NCBI GenBank assembly: GCA_964016885.1 | Contig: OZ024741.1 | Span: 222,828,001-222,892,000 of the forward strand | DNA from: Eledone cirrhosa | Taxonomy: Eukaryota | Direction of reading: 5' to 3' | DNA: 64,000 bases | Part shown: positions 22,206-37,420 of the stretch, one piece after another | How positions within the stretch are numbered: the stretch's first letter is position 1 | Layout of the letters: every line of letters starts with the position of its first letter | Position numbers and translations under genes: made by a program | The notes under the pieces: model-generated | The model's database searches: none | The model's input: the letters and a program-made list of their open reading frames with translations, nothing else | What the model was told of the DNA's origin: nothing

Positions 22206-22612
22206 TACATGTATAAGTATGTGAATAAGACCGTTAATTGCTTTAAACCTAAACTCATAACACCAGTGAACCAACCTCCGACTTGCATTCCCAATTTGGT
22301 AAACCAACCATGGACCGCACAGGTCACCAAATGGGAAAACAGGCGTTATCAAGCTGCAGTTGTCATATTGCGTAGTTTTTGTATAATAAAACTATTATCT
22401 GCAGCTACTATAACCACAATACGTAATAGGTTGTGCGCCACCTTCTCCTTACCTATCTCAAACACCCTCACAAACACTCACGTATTTAAATATGTACATA
22501 TGTCTGCCAAGGCTTCCCATAATGCATGCGTAGAATTGACCAATTTGTTCCCAAATTTAAATCGAATCAAGCAAAGTTTCCGTTTCAGATCTTTGTATAT
22601 CTATCTATCTGT

Positions 22613-22727
<115 letters not shown>

Positions 22728-22739
22728 TGCGTGTGTGTG

Positions 22740-22783
<44 letters not shown>

Positions 22784-22813
22784 TGGCGCGTGTGTGTGGC
22801 GCGTGTGTGTGAC

Positions 22814-22862
<49 letters not shown>

Positions 22863-23319
22863 GATACACACACACACACATACATATACATATGTATATG
22901 TGTCTGTGTGAGGTCAGCCTTAACGAGTTTTGCTCAATGACCAAAAGAGTTAAAACAATCAAAAGAATTAAAATAATTCAATAATCAGGGCTATTTATAA
23001 AATTAAAAATACGAGGAAATAATAGACAAAAATTTACTTATTTTTTCTTCAAATTGTTTGCAGCAATTTATGCACTATAGAGTTGTACCATCGCTGTGAG
23101 GTTGATAAGAATTATCAAGAGAACCCTCAGTAAAATGACTGTTTCTTGACGCGTTCGTAACAAGTGAGAATTTCTCGAGAGGGAGAAATTAACACGTGAT
23201 ACAGTGGTCACAGAAGGGTAGTAAAGATGGACAATAAGCGAGTACCGTATTTGCTATAAAAAGCAAGAAAATGTAAATTATCTTGGTTGATATTATTCAC
23301 TACCAGCATGAAATAAGAC

Positions 23320-23512
23320 GGCATTATGGCAGTATCGGTAGAGCGTCGGACATCCTGCTTCGTGGCATAGAGTTACAGCCCTTTATATTTTGAGCTCAAA
23401 TTCCGCCAAGGTTAGCTTTGCCTTTCATCCTTAAAATAAAGTACCAGTAATGCACTGGGTCGATTGAATCGACTTTCCCCTCCCCCAATATTTCTGGCCT
23501 ATAGTAGAACTC
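23320..23512 (+). mobile_element. tRNA-derived SINE (Nin/Deu-like core)
   Basis: TGGCAGTATCGGTAGAGCGTCGG..CTCAAATTCCGCCAAGG..TTTGCCTTTCATCC..AAAGTACCAGTAATGCACTGGG. Confidence 0.8.
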
Positions 23513-23637
23513 ATTATGAATACATGAGAAGTGTTTCGTGTGGCTTTGAAAGTTTGACAAAATAAGTGGGGGTGAAGAGACTTATGTGAAGGGAATGGAA
23601 TGACGTAACTATCTGGTTTAGAAGAACACAGGTTGTT

Positions 23638-23668
<31 letters not shown>

Positions 23669-24739
23669 AGATAAAGAGAGGGGACTGTACTTCTGTGAAC
23701 TAGTGTGTGTAATATGTTGGTCAATGAATCATTACTAATTGGCCAAAAGAAACATTTATTCAGAGCAGAAATAACAACCAAAGTACCGAGCCTCGTACTA
23801 AATATTATATTATATTTGATTTCAATCCTGTAGATTTTGTGTTCAAATTCTGCTGGAACTGATTTTGGAGTTTCATCGCTTCAAGACCTATAAATAAAGT
23901 ACCAGTAATATGCTGGTATTCGCTTCACAATCTAAGAAATCATACATGATAATATATTGTTGATGAATGCCGTGTAGTTGAAGCTCTGATTCCAGTTCAC
24001 CCGATTTCGATTCTCGGTTAAAACAACTGCAACAAAAGTTGCTGAAACAACAGCTGTCTTAGTAATAACAACAGCTGCTGTGACATTAATAGCAAGAAAA
24101 ACAACAACAAGTGCAACAGTTACAAAATTACCTGCAGCGACAATAATAGCATATATAGACAGTGAATTTGGCAGCGAAGTCGTTAGGGCATAATACAAAA
24201 TACCTTGCAGTATTTGTTCCAGTGTTTCCGTTCATTGTTTGAAAATCGTTAACATAAAGTGCCAGCCCAGAGCTGTGGGTTTTCGGAAAAAGTCGGATGA
24301 GATAGATACCTTGCGGTATTTATTCCTGTCTTTTGCCTACCGAGATATTGTGATCAAATTAATTGGTCACTCAGTTTAACATCACAACTATCTGTTCATT
24401 GAATGTCTTCAGTGAAGTTCACTTTGTTGCAAGCATTCTGACCAGGTCTCCAATTGAAAATAAGTTCCTCCATTCCCCGCATCAGTTTCAGAGACCCTAA
24501 TAATCTAATGGTTCGTAAACTCTGACTTTCCCTCTCTGACTAAGGAGTAAAAAATTAACAAAATATTTAAAATGTGCGACAATAGCTATAGTAACAAGGT
24601 CAGTGATGTAATGGCTAAAAGTAGCGCCTATCAAATCCAGCAATACTAAAGAACATCACATATCATCAACTGTCGCTCTTAACAATATAAATTATGTATA
24701 AATTATTCTAATGTAAAAAGTTCAAATGTCTTTTGTGGT

Positions 24740-25052
24740 TATGAAAACGGAAAAGGAAGGGAAAGGCAACGGCTCTGTGGTCACAGAAGAATTGGGAGGG
24801 GAAGGGGAGGTCTAGGCCTAGGGCACGGCGGTATTGGGGCTGCGCCTCCCGGATAAGACCGCAAAAGCATTCCCACGGACAATGGCCAGCGACATCCGCT
24901 ATAACAGCCACTCCACCACAACTCGCGGGGCTTCTTCCTCAGTCGGGCTGCTGACGTTCTTCCAGAGGAACTCGGCAGTACGGGTTCCAAGTACTTCTGC
25001 GATCTCGACGGTGACCGGTACGAAGAGGAAGCGACCGGACAATCCCCGGTAA
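24740..25052 (-). mobile_element. GC-rich retroposon-like repeat with a zinc-knuckle remnant, homologous to 45670-45910
   Basis: Shared blocks gtcacagaaga, ggcctagggca, caaaagcattccc.cggac.atggcc, aacagccac, ctcggcag; minus-strand peptide GHCPWECFC. Confidence 0.55.
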
Positions 25053-26126
25053 TAAAAAAAAAAAACCACAAGAAAACCAGAGGATTCTCTACATGATTGA
25101 TTCACTTGGTAGAAATGACAATTAAATCTCTCTTAAACCACATCTTACTGTCTGAAAACGAGGTCAACTTTGCCTTTCATCCATTCGATATAGATAATTA
25201 TAAATTACCAGTCCAGTACTCTATATAATTCTCTATATTTCTTTCTCACTTCCGCTCTCTTACCTTCTCTCTCTCCTTCACTAGAACAAATCGATTGTGT
25301 TCTGACATGATGAGGGATGGGATTCGCCATGTTTTAAGTGCCCAAGACATGCTATGTCACTACAGCGCCCGTACGATTCCATCAGGAATTACGGCTCCAT
25401 ACATACATAATATCTTTAAGAAGGGACACATTAGATAATATAATCCGAGGTAGACTATGCTAGAACAAAAACAGGTGGGATAGTCATAGCTTGAATGCCT
25501 TTGATCATTCAGTGCACTATGAAACTAACAAAGCTTACGCTTCATGGCTTTTATACCTGGAGGGTCCCCATAAACAACCATTACCATATTTTTGCTGGTT
25601 CTGAAGGGGTCCTCATAAGAGTCCAAGCCTTCGGAGCCGGAATATTATAGACCCGCCTCTGGTGCCACACATTGAGGGGAACTGGTAGACTGGAACATTC
25701 TCAGGTACATACTCGGGTGGCTAAACTGATAAACAAAGATAACAGCACCAACAACGATAAAAATAAAGGGTACCAAAGAAGGGGATTTAACGTGATAGCT
25801 AGAAATAATAGTCAAACCACCCTCAAATCATATTGTACCGTCTTTTTAAAAAAAGGACACATTGGATAATGTGGTCGATTCTCAGTTGATCTCTACGATC
25901 AACATTCACTTGTTCAAGCAACTGAACCCCTCCTAGACGCGAAATTAAGGGGTGAGCGGCTGAGTATTCCACAAACATTTGTACTTTTAATATAATTCTC
26001 AGTAGGAATCAAAGTGAGAGAATGTGAAAGAGCTGAATATTGAATTACTGGTACAATCCAGAGAGAGAAAGGGCGAAGAATCAAGCCCCAGTACTAGAAT
26101 GATACATTATCTACTGACTCATGTAA

Positions 26127-26527
26127 ATAATTGTTTCTACTTTTGGCACAAGGCCAGCAATTAACCAGTACATTACTGGTACTTTATGTTATCGACCCCG
26201 TAAGGATGAAAGGCAAAGTTAACCTCGGCAGGATTTGAACTCAGTCCGTAAAGGGACGTAATTCTATGCTGCAAAACATGGCGTCCGACCCTCTACCGAT
26301 ACTGCCTATCCAAACGAGTTCTTATCTCGGCACAAGGTCAGCAATTTGTAGGAAAGAAGAGGTCGATTATATCGAACCCTGTACGTGATTGGTACTTTAT
26401 TTTATCAACCCCTAAAGATCGAAATGCAGAATTAACCTCGGCAGGATTTTAACTCAGAACGTAAAAAGTCGTAACTCTATACCATAAAGCCTTTTTTGGA
26501 CATTCTACCGATATCGCCAATCCACTC
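26127..26527 (-). mobile_element. Two tandem SINE copies
   Basis: Reverse complement of the SINE consensus twice (26127-26312 and ~26325-26527). Confidence 0.85.
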
Positions 26528-26806
26528 CCCAGGTAAATATTGATTTCTTATTTAAGCACAAGGCCAGCATTTTATGGGGCATGGCAAAGCCAGTTATATG
26601 TGTCTGTGTCTTTGTGCGTGTATCTATAAGCGTCTATATGTGTCTGAGTATGTATGTGTGTGTTTATATGTGTGTATTTATTTGTGTTTATGTATGTGCC
26701 ACTTTCTCTGTGTCTATATATGTGTTTGTGTGCGTCTATGTTTGTGTGTGTGTCTATGTGTATTTGTATCAATGTGTGTTTATGTGTATGACTATATGTG
26801 TATATG

Positions 26807-27150
26807 TGTAGCGAAATCTGTCCACACCTTGACCCCTGGTCATTTTCTGGGTTCTCCTTTCAACAGGTAAGAGTTTGAACGACCTCGAAAGGTCAGGCTT
26901 TTGTTCTCAAGTCTTGGAGACAAAGGAAGCGACATAGATAAATAGCGCCTTAGACCAGAAAAGCCAGTTCGAAGCATTTCTCGATAGAGTAAACATGTAA
27001 ACTTTCCACAGATCCTTTGGGGTCTTCCTGACTCTTACTTTCTCTTACTCTCTCTTTCACTCAGTCTCTGTCTCTTGATCTCTCTCTTAACCAAGCCAGT
27101 GGAGTTCATGAAGCTTTCTTGGTAAATACGACTTTAACTCTTCTTTTACA
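26807..27150 (+). mobile_element. Possible solo LTR
   Basis: Non-microsatellite 344 bp segment bounded by TGTA...TACA with a TATA-like GATAAATAG and a CT-rich tract; no TSD visible. Confidence 0.3.
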
Positions 27151-27184
27151 AACAAACAAATAACGTCCATAATTCTTGTGTATT

Positions 27185-27462
27185 TTTTGTATAACTTTGG
27201 CGTGAGTTATAATCAATGAATTAATAATATAGCGGTTTGGTGTTATCGTGGTTCATTTATATATATTCATTTTCTGCGTGATCAAGGAACTATCATATCA
27301 TCATCTTATTGAACACTTACTCACTTACCTGCACACATGCAACCTCTGGTCACACAACAGTGACCACACCACACAGCAAGCTACAACTTAGCACATACGC
27401 AACAAACGAATCAACACCACAACACAATCAACTACTAACACGGCCATCAAATTATCGCTATA
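27185..27462 (+). repeat. Unclassified interspersed repeat, second copy inverted at ~55253-55575
   Basis: Shared ataactt..attaataatatagcg..gaacactt.ctcactta..tgcac..caacagtgaccacac..gaatcaa.accacaacac..cgctatatat. Confidence 0.65.
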
Positions 27463-29006
27463 TATGTACGCATGTCTATATGTGTCTCTATGTGTGTGTG
27501 TGTCTATATGTATATGTGTGTGTCTGGCGTGTTTGTGTGTATGTGTATATTGTGTGTGTATGTGTCTATATGTATCTATGTGGTTCTTCATAGGTGTGTC
27601 TGAGTATTTGTTTCTGTGTGTATGTGTGTCCGTTTGTGTGTTTGTGTGTGTAATTGAGTGTGTAAAGAGCCCCCCCCCCCCTCTCATATACCACTATTCC
27701 CCCACTCATTCCCTCCCTCGCCCCCTGGTTTCACCTACAAAGCGACAACCCTAATATGACATAAGCGATATAATTAAAAATAAAAAAAAAGTAATAAAAA
27801 CAAGAAACAGTTGCCTAAAATTAAGATTAGTCATAAGACAGGTAGACGAAATTGAGACGATGCTTAGAGGGGGGGGCAGACAAACGGAGAAAGAGAGATG
27901 GGGGGTGAGGGGAGAGAGAAACAAAGAGAGAGGGGGTAGAAAAGGGTGTGAGAAAGACAGAGAGGGAGAGGGAAGAGGGAGGGAGAGAGACAGAAACAGA
28001 AAAGTGGAGGAGAGGGTAAGAGAGAGAAAGTAAAGGTGTATTTCGATATAACTGTATTACAATCAAAATTCCTTTGCTTTCTCTCATTGCAAATGGTTTG
28101 TATTGTTGGTTTGTTGGTTTTTTGGTTATTTTTCCGTCTGTTAGTCTGGGTGACAAAAATAGCGGCACTGGGTGTGGTGCCCTCATTAGATCTCACTTTA
28201 GTGGGGCGGGGTGGGGTGGGGGCTCTCGTTAGTTCTCCTTTTGATGGTGTGGTATACGCTATTCCATCTCCTTATTCAGGTGTTTTTGTTTTTTGGTGTG
28301 GTTGTTATTTTTTGTCTTCGTTTATATAGTTTTGTTTTAATTTATTCTTGTCACTGTGGTTATGTGTCATCATTTAGCTGCAGGTCAGCCACCATCAAAT
28401 CCCTTTCAGCCGTGACCATCCCGTCTTTTGTATATCAAGGACAACATAGTCAAATATGTCCTTTCTTTGGTTTTTGTAGTTTATTTGCGGGGGGTGTCTT
28501 TTTGTAATGAGTTACTCAAAGGAAGAATGGCTGTGTCCACGATCTTTTTTTCTTTTTTTAGTGTCTTCTAGATTGATGGAGGGAAGAAGTTATTCTCAAA
28601 CCGGACACCTGGTCTGAATGTTTGCAGCCGTGGCTTCCAAAAGCCAGGTGGCAGTGTAAAACTGAGCAACAGATTAAATCTACGTCCATTTCTTAGTTGT
28701 AATCGTACAAAAGATTTTTTAAGCAATCTTCGTTCAAACTGGATACGATTTCACCTAAATAAAATTAAAATCCAAAGCAGCAGCAAAAATGGATATATTT
28801 ATGGAAGATAATACGGCCACTGTGAATAACCGTACGTTAAAGTATTCGTTTCTATGGCCAGTACTTTTGCGAACTAAATGTGCCACATATAAATAAATAA
28901 ACTAATTCTATCTTGGATAAACAAATTCATCCTAAATGACAGAGCAGATAACATAAAGGACAGTACTGGGATTACATAGAGGCTAAGAGAGCTTCATAGT
29001 CTCAGG

Positions 29007-29115
29007 CAGAGGTTCTCAAACCTGTTGGGCCACCGCCCCCCCCCCCCCCCCCCCTCATGGCCACGTAATACCCACAGTGCCACCAACCCTATTTCTAGAG
29101 AAACCTGTCTACACG
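29007..29115 (+). mobile_element. hAT (Charlie/Buster-like) terminal fragment
   Basis: CAGAGGTTCTCAAAC terminus followed by C-rich subterminal sequence; partner end not found. Confidence 0.45.
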
Positions 29116-30082
29116 CAAATTGTAAATAATATATAATAAAATCGTTGATTTATATATAATAAATAATATAATATATACTATGTATAAATAAATATTATAA
29201 ATATATTTTTTTTAATTTTAACTGTATTTATATATAATGTGTATCATTTGATATTATATCATTTCTACCACCCCCGACCCCCTGGACCTTCTCCGCTCCT
29301 GTATAAATATATGTTAAAATATTTATTAAAATATAGTTATGAAGTACGACAATAGTCAATCTGGAATTACTTTGACCAGGACCTCATAGTCCAGTGGGGT
29401 CCGGCCCGGTTTAAATATATGTTTAAATATCTATTGGAAATATAACTATGAAACACGACAGTAGTCAAGCCGGAATTACTTTGATCAGTATAGAATGTTC
29501 ATGTGGGTTAAGTGGACTGCAGTCCAGAGTCCCAGACTCCAGTGTGCCCCCGTCCCGTCTGAAATATAAAATATAGTTCTGAAACACTACATTTTTATCA
29601 AAATGTAGAACACAATTCTTACTAAATACATTTCTTTTTGTTTGGATGTCACCTCTTTTAACCACGTGAGGTAGTGGCTTCACTAATGCTTCATTTGAAC
29701 CTGGTAGGCGGTTGAGAGCAAAAACCTGTTGACAAAGTGTCTACCTTGTTCGATCATTATACCAAAAGCTTACAACGAAAGCAGACAGTATACTTGATTT
29801 AGGGGTCACAGAAACCTCCCACTGGATTTTACCACCAAGTTCCAGGAAGGTCCAGGTAAAATTTTTTGTTAACATGTTTAGCTTGGTCGTTTTTTCGGCT
29901 GCCTGGCTTGTCACTTTACAGCCATTTTTATAATGTGTCTGGCCTTTATAACGTATGTTAATTGCTCTGGCTTCTTCCTATTCCATTGAGCGCTTGCCGG
30001 CATATCTCCAAAATTGCGTTTCGTTTTGTTTTGGATGCCGCCGAAATACGATCTCGCTGAAATTATATTTATATATATATAT

Positions 30083-30097
30083 ATATTTTGCTTGTTT

Positions 30098-30155
<58 letters not shown>

Positions 30156-30169
30156 AAACAAGCAAAATA
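30083..30169. repeat. Palindrome with a (TA)n centre
   Basis: tattttgcttgtttcc-(TA)n-ggaaacaagcaaaata. Confidence 0.9.
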
Positions 30170-30227
30170 CAGGAGGCAATTTTTTACACAGATATATTAG
30201 ATTTACGTTTAGTGGAAGAGAAGGAGG

Positions 30228-30263
30228 TTTCGACATTTCGAACAGAAGTCTTTCTTCAGGAAA
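30228..30263 (-). ncRNA. Minimal hammerhead motif in a pLTR-like element (~30152-30870)
   Basis: Minus strand: TTTC CTGAAGA AAGAC-TTCT-GTTC GAAAT GTC GAAA. Confidence 0.6.
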
Positions 30264-31024
30264 GTTCGGATGAGAGAACAGATAAACGTAGAGATAGTTC
30301 GAGAAGGTTAGGGAAAGAAATTAAATTTTAAAAAAAGAAATAGAGGGGTGTTGAAAGGTTCGGCCGGGGGGTGGGCATAGTAGAGGGTAGGGGTGACATG
30401 TGTGTGGTTGTGTTTGTGTCGAAGGGGAGAAATTTGTAGATATGCGTGGCTTCTGTCTGTGTCCCAAAATCGTGTAAAGTGACGTCTGTGAGGTTTTAGT
30501 TTTGTGTGTGTACGCGTGAGTGTGTATGTGTGTGTGGGGGGGGAGGGCTTTTTCTGTAAATTCTATGTATGTGTCTCCGGTCACGTGTATGTGTTGAATG
30601 AGTATCTGTGAGTGTGACTATACGCAGGTGTGTGTAGGTGATTTTTTTATGTGTGAGAGTGTGTATGTATATGTCTGTGTATGTGATGTTTCTATGGTTT
30701 TTTCGTATGTTGGTGTGTATGTGTGTGTGTGTATTACCACATGTGTATATTGTATCACAAGAGTGTTGCTGTAGTTCGGTCAGTGGCAGAATTAAATGAT
30801 GTACATGTGTGTGAGAGGGTGGAAGTATGTGTGTGTGTGTTGGAGTAAACCAGGAGGACAGTGGTCACCTATGGTAGATCGAGGCCCCTAACTTTACTCG
30901 TCCTGGGGAAGAATTAACGTCCGATACGTTGAAATTTTCTTTTTTTCTTTTTCCAACAAGCATGAAACTAATAAGACTTTGTGTAATTGTATCTCTGTGT
31001 TTGTTTGTTTTTAATTTTGAACTT

Positions 31025-32990
<1,966 letters not shown>

Positions 32991-33169
32991 TATGTATGTG
33001 TGGGGTGCGTGTGTGTGTGTGTATGAATATATACAAATGATAGATATATAGATGAATAGGTAGATAGAAAGACTGACAGACTGTTGATTCGTAGCCACGG
33101 TTAAACAGGTAAATAAGTAAAAACATAAATATAACCTTTCTAAAATAAGCAAGATGCACATGTTTATGG

Positions 33170-33390
33170 TATATGCTGTTGTTGGACCTCCGTCGTTTCC
33201 GTCGACGAATGCGGCAGTTGATTCAATCAACAGAACTACCTGCTCGTGAATCAACGTGTAAGTGTTTGAACATTCCACAGAGACGTGTACCCTTAACATA
33301 GTTCTCAGGGAAATTCAGCTTGCCACAATATGAGACAAGAATTGTCCCTTAAATAACAGCTACAACTCATATTTATAAGCTGAGTGGATT
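33170..33390 (-). mobile_element. SINE body/tail, probably the family whose head is at 8015-8128; a more decayed copy lies at ~25880-26060
   Basis: Shared cagttgat..gatcaac..tgag.attccaca.a.ac.tgtac..ttaa..tagttctcag motifs between the two sites. Confidence 0.6.
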
Positions 33391-33975
33391 TACGGTCGTG
33401 AGTCCAGCGTGGTCCGCGGACCACTGATGATCCAAGACAAATTTTTGGTAGTTCACGGAAAAATTTGGACATTATTTGCAATTTTTCTGTTTTATCTATA
33501 TATAATATATAAGAAAGATGTTTATTGGTTGGTTGGCTGGCTGGCTGGTTGGTTAGCTGGCCGATTGAATCACACTAAAACTACACATACGAATGCATTC
33601 GCATACATCTAAAGAGAGAGACAGAGGGAGAGGCAGAAAGAGAGAAATAGGCCGTTATACAGAGAGAGATACAATTAAAGTGTTAGATATTCAGAGAGAG
33701 TGAGAGAGAGAGAGTGACGTCCCTCAAAAGTATCAGTTAAAGGTTTAACAATATTGCGTTAGCTTTTATAAAGTACTTTTACAGTCTTTGATTTTACAGA
33801 ACAAAGAAAAATTGATACTATTTGAAATTAATGTACTCTCCATCTTTTATCCATATACTACTTACAGTCCGTACTAACGAAGCTAAACTCTTCAGAAGCA
33901 ATATGCGATATATTGCTGTGTTTCAGATGACGTCCTTTGGAGTTGAAAAAGATCATACTGACTATGGTTATTTCA

Positions 33976-34157
33976 CGGTGGATTGGCAGTATCGGTAGAG
34001 AGTCGGGCACCATGCTTTCCAGCATAGTTACGTCCCTTTACGATCTGAGTTCAAATCCCGCCGAGGTTGACTTTGCCTTTCATCCTTACGGGGTCGATAA
34101 AATAAAGTACCAGTAATGCACTGGGTAATTGCTGGCCTTGTGCCTAACGTAGAAACA
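33976..34157 (+). mobile_element. Young SINE with TSD GTTATTTCAC
   Basis: Full consensus copy with A and B boxes; flanking direct repeat. Confidence 0.9.
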
Positions 34158-34189
34158 GTTATTTCACATTTAAAATCCAAGGCCAATAC

Positions 34190-34244
34190 TACCATTTAAT
34201 CGGCAATTTACTCCCTGTCTCATAAGGAAGTTTTATAATTGTTT

Positions 34245-34275
<31 letters not shown>

Positions 34276-34378
34276 TTAGTCTCACATCATACCAGACAAC
34301 ACATCATACCAGACAACACATCCAATACAGTCGTTTTCTCTGTTCTCCCGGGCGAAACCGGGTACGTCAGTTAGTTAA
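34190..34378 (-). mobile_element. Helentron-associated (HINE-like) fragment
   Basis: Minus strand starts AACTAACTGACGTACCCGGTTTCGCCCGGG, resembling the 41294 and 42362 termini. Confidence 0.5.
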
Positions 34379-34600
34379 TAATAAAACAAAAATCATTTTT
34401 GGTTAAAATATATTTTATAACACCCCTAAAAATGTTTCTCCTCAGTAAAGAACTAAAGAAAGAATTTTACACATATGTAAAGAATGTTACACATATGTAA
34501 AGAATTTTACACATATGTATCATCTATCGACAATATGACACACCTACGCTTCAGTATTGTCTAATAAAATGGAAGTTCTCTGATCATTATTTTACAAAAG

Positions 34601-34797
34601 GGTGGTGGACTGACAGTATCGGTAGAGGGTCGGACGCCATGCTTTGCAGCATAGAGTTACGGGCCTTTATTATCAGAGTTCAATTCCCGCCAAGGTTAAC
34701 TTTTCTTTTCATCCTTATGGGGTCGATAAAATAAAATACCAGTAATGCACTGGGATAAGGGATAATTGCTAGCCTTGTGCCAAAAATAGAAACAATT
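34601..34797 (+). mobile_element. Young SINE with TSD ATTATTTTACAAA
   Basis: Consensus copy with flanking direct repeat. Confidence 0.88.
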
Positions 34798-35090
34798 ATT
34801 TTACAAATGTATTTTTTTTTTTTTTTAAATTCATATTAATGGGCGGCGGGATTTAAAATTATGAATTAAGTGGTCCGTGAGGTCTAAAAGGTTGGCGACC
34901 ACTGTCCTACACAATGCGTCTTACTATTATGTATGTACACACCTATTTATAACGCATGCGTATGTGTGTATTGTGTTTGTGTGTGAAGTATGAACAGCAG
35001 CTGTGTTAAGGTGTGTAAGTGTGCAGTTGGGCTGTATGTGTGAATATGTCCTTGAGAAACACTCATTTTCTTGATATGCAATTTTGTGTG

Positions 35091-35170
<80 letters not shown>

Positions 35171-35578
35171 TGTGTGTGCGTGTGTGTGTGTGATTGCGCA
35201 CATCTGCGTATATTTGTATTTATGTGTGTGATGGAATGAATAGTTACATAAACGTATGTATGCAAGCATGCATGTATTATGTATGTATATATATACGTGT
35301 GTGTGTGCGTGTGTGTTGTTATTTTTTCATCTGCATTCTTTCTATAAAGAAACAACTTGTTTCCCACTAAGAAGCAATTGTCAATGGAATTTAGATAACA
35401 AAAACAATAAGTGTTTCATGTTGAACTTCCAAAAAGTCTTGAATATTTTTACTGTCCGTATATAGATTGTTTGTAAAGTCCGTGTCAGCTGGTGAATATC
35501 TTTTTCTAACTTTTCTAGATTGCCAAGCACACCAATAATTATATCTATGAATATAAATATATAATTTGCTTGGAATAA

Positions 35579-36082
35579 CAGTGCACCCCCGGCATTCGCG
35601 GTCCCGGGTATTCGCTGATGATTTTTTTCTTAGAACTAATAATTGTTTCTACTTTAGGCACAAGGCCAGCAATTACCCAGTACATTACTGGTACTTTATT
35701 TTATCGACCCCGTAAGGATGAAAGGCAAAGTCAACCTTGGCGGGATTTGAACTCAGATCGTAAAGGGACGTAACTATGCTGGAAAGCATGGCGTCCGACC
35801 CTCTACTGATACTGCCAATCCACCGCACTTAGAACTAATAATGTTCGTGGAAACCACCGCATAGTCACAGAATCGTAAATATCTTCCGCCATTTTTTTAT
35901 GGCTTTTTTCGTGGCAATACATATTTTTTATCAATAACAATATGCCGTATTTGCCGACCTATATTTTACATGATGTTTTGACGTTTATCAGGCATTGTTA
36001 TGGACCACGTCCAATATTCGCGTTTTTTCACTCTTCGCGGGTGCTCTAGTAGCGTAACACCCGCGAACCGCGGCGTCAACTG
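35579..36082. mobile_element. Tigger/pogo-like MITE interrupted by a SINE
   Basis: Ends CAGTGCACCCCCGGCATTCGCGG / CCGCGAACCGCGGCGTCAACTG followed by TA. Confidence 0.75.
35644..35827 (-). mobile_element. Young SINE with 15 bp TSD CTTAGAACTAATAAT
   Basis: TSD at 35629-35643 and 35828-35842. Confidence 0.92.
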
Positions 36083-36103
36083 TATATATATATATATATA
36101 TAT

Positions 36104-36646
36104 GGCATAGGTAAAATATAACGTTCGAGAAAGTGAAACTAATTTTTATGACAAGTGAATGTGTTTGTTTTTTAGTATTGCGTGTGTGATTATTTTTATT
36201 TTTATTTTTTTGTGTATTGTGTGTACGGAAAATTAGACGTACCTTATCAACATCCTTATTAGACCGTATAAATAGCTGAAATACAGTTGATCATCTCGCC
36301 AACCTAATGTGCACACACAACTCATAGAGAACACTTGGAGCCGTGCGAAGAAAAAGCTCCGTCGACAACATGGGACAAGCGACGATTTATTGCCCTCGTA
36401 TTTAGCTGAATTTCTTTGGCGGCAGAGGGTTGGTGCCAACAAATTTGGCGAGATGATCAACTGTATTTCAGCTATTTATACGGTCTAATAAGGGTGTTGA
36501 TAAGGTACGTCTAATTTTCCGTACACACAATACACAAAAAAAAATTAAAAAAAAAAATAATCACACACGCAATACTAAAAAACAAACACATTCACTTGTC
36601 ATAAAAATTAGTTTCACTTTCTCGAACCTTATATTTTACCTATGCC
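36104..36646. mobile_element. Merlin (IS1016/ISXO2-like)-derived palindromic element; ~200 bp arms 36104-36302 / 36445-36646
   Basis: GG..CC termini within (TA)n; arms near identical; interior encodes a transposase C-terminus. Confidence 0.85.
36303..36488 (+). pseudogene. Merlin/ISXO2-type DDE transposase C-terminal fragment
   Basis: My translation: PNVHTQLIENTWSRAKKKLRRQHGTSDDLLPSYLAEFLWRQRVGANKFGEMINCISAIYTV* (HTQ.IE..W and YL.EF.WR motifs); absent from the ORF track. Confidence 0.8.
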
Positions 36647-36658
36647 TATATATATATA

Positions 36659-37196
36659 TAATGGAAGTATAGAGGGTCCTCAGCGAAAGATTTCAAGAAA
36701 CGTTGGTATGATTGCGGTACCTTCGGAAGATCACCCTAAGAGCAACTTAGAGCGGAAATCCATATGTTGAGTGAAAAGCAACTGTATGCTGAAACAGTAC
36801 TCGATCTACATTACTGAGATTCTTAGATTGAAATAACGGAAACCGATTACTGATATACCTTATATATATACATATATGAGGAGGTTATATTTAATTTGTT
36901 GGGATACAACAAGCAAAATATTTTTATAACTGATATAAAGCATTCAACACTAATTTGCATAATTTTAAACCTTCCAACACTAATTTGCATAATAAACCAA
37001 CAATAAATATAATAACTCCACTATCCAGGAGATTCCAACTAGAATGGTTGCATTTTTTAAGGATATGTCAATATTTATTTATAAAACTAACCTATATTAT
37101 ATTTTATATGATGAAAGCGCACCATAGTTTGCTCTGGTGGCCCTTGAAATATGTATAATGAAATAAATATGGTTTTATAAATATAGTTTCCATTTG

Positions 37197-37247
<51 letters not shown>

Positions 37248-37276
37248 TTCGCTGAGGATCCTCTATACTTCCATTA
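36659..37276. repeat. Segment bounded by ~33 bp inverted repeats, containing a degenerate HHR (37103-37162)
   Basis: aatggaagtatagagggtcctcagcgaaagat / atctttcgctgaggatcctctatacttccatt; ATGATGA..CACCATAG/CTCTGGTG..GAAAT ATGT ATA. Confidence 0.75.
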
Positions 37277-37286
37277 TATATATATT

Positions 37287-37420
37287 CAGTTGACCCCGCG
37301 GTTCGCGGGTGTTACGCTACTAGAGCACCCGCGAAGAGTGAATAAACGTGAATATTGGACGTGGTCCATAACAATGCCTTATAAACGTCAAAACATCATG
37401 TAAAATATAGGTCGGCAAAT

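Larger units (their letters stand above)
33395..34904 (+). mobile_element. hAT-like non-autonomous element carrying nested SINEs
   Basis: Left subterminal GTGGTCCGCGGACCAC; right end GTGGTCCGTG..AAAAGGTTGGCGACCACTG; left TIR eroded. Confidence 0.55.

Noticed and set aside
30900-30940. GAAGA-AACGT/ACGTT-GAAAT hairpin resembling a hammerhead
   Set aside because: Lacks CUGA and a stem III/NUH; at most a decayed remnant
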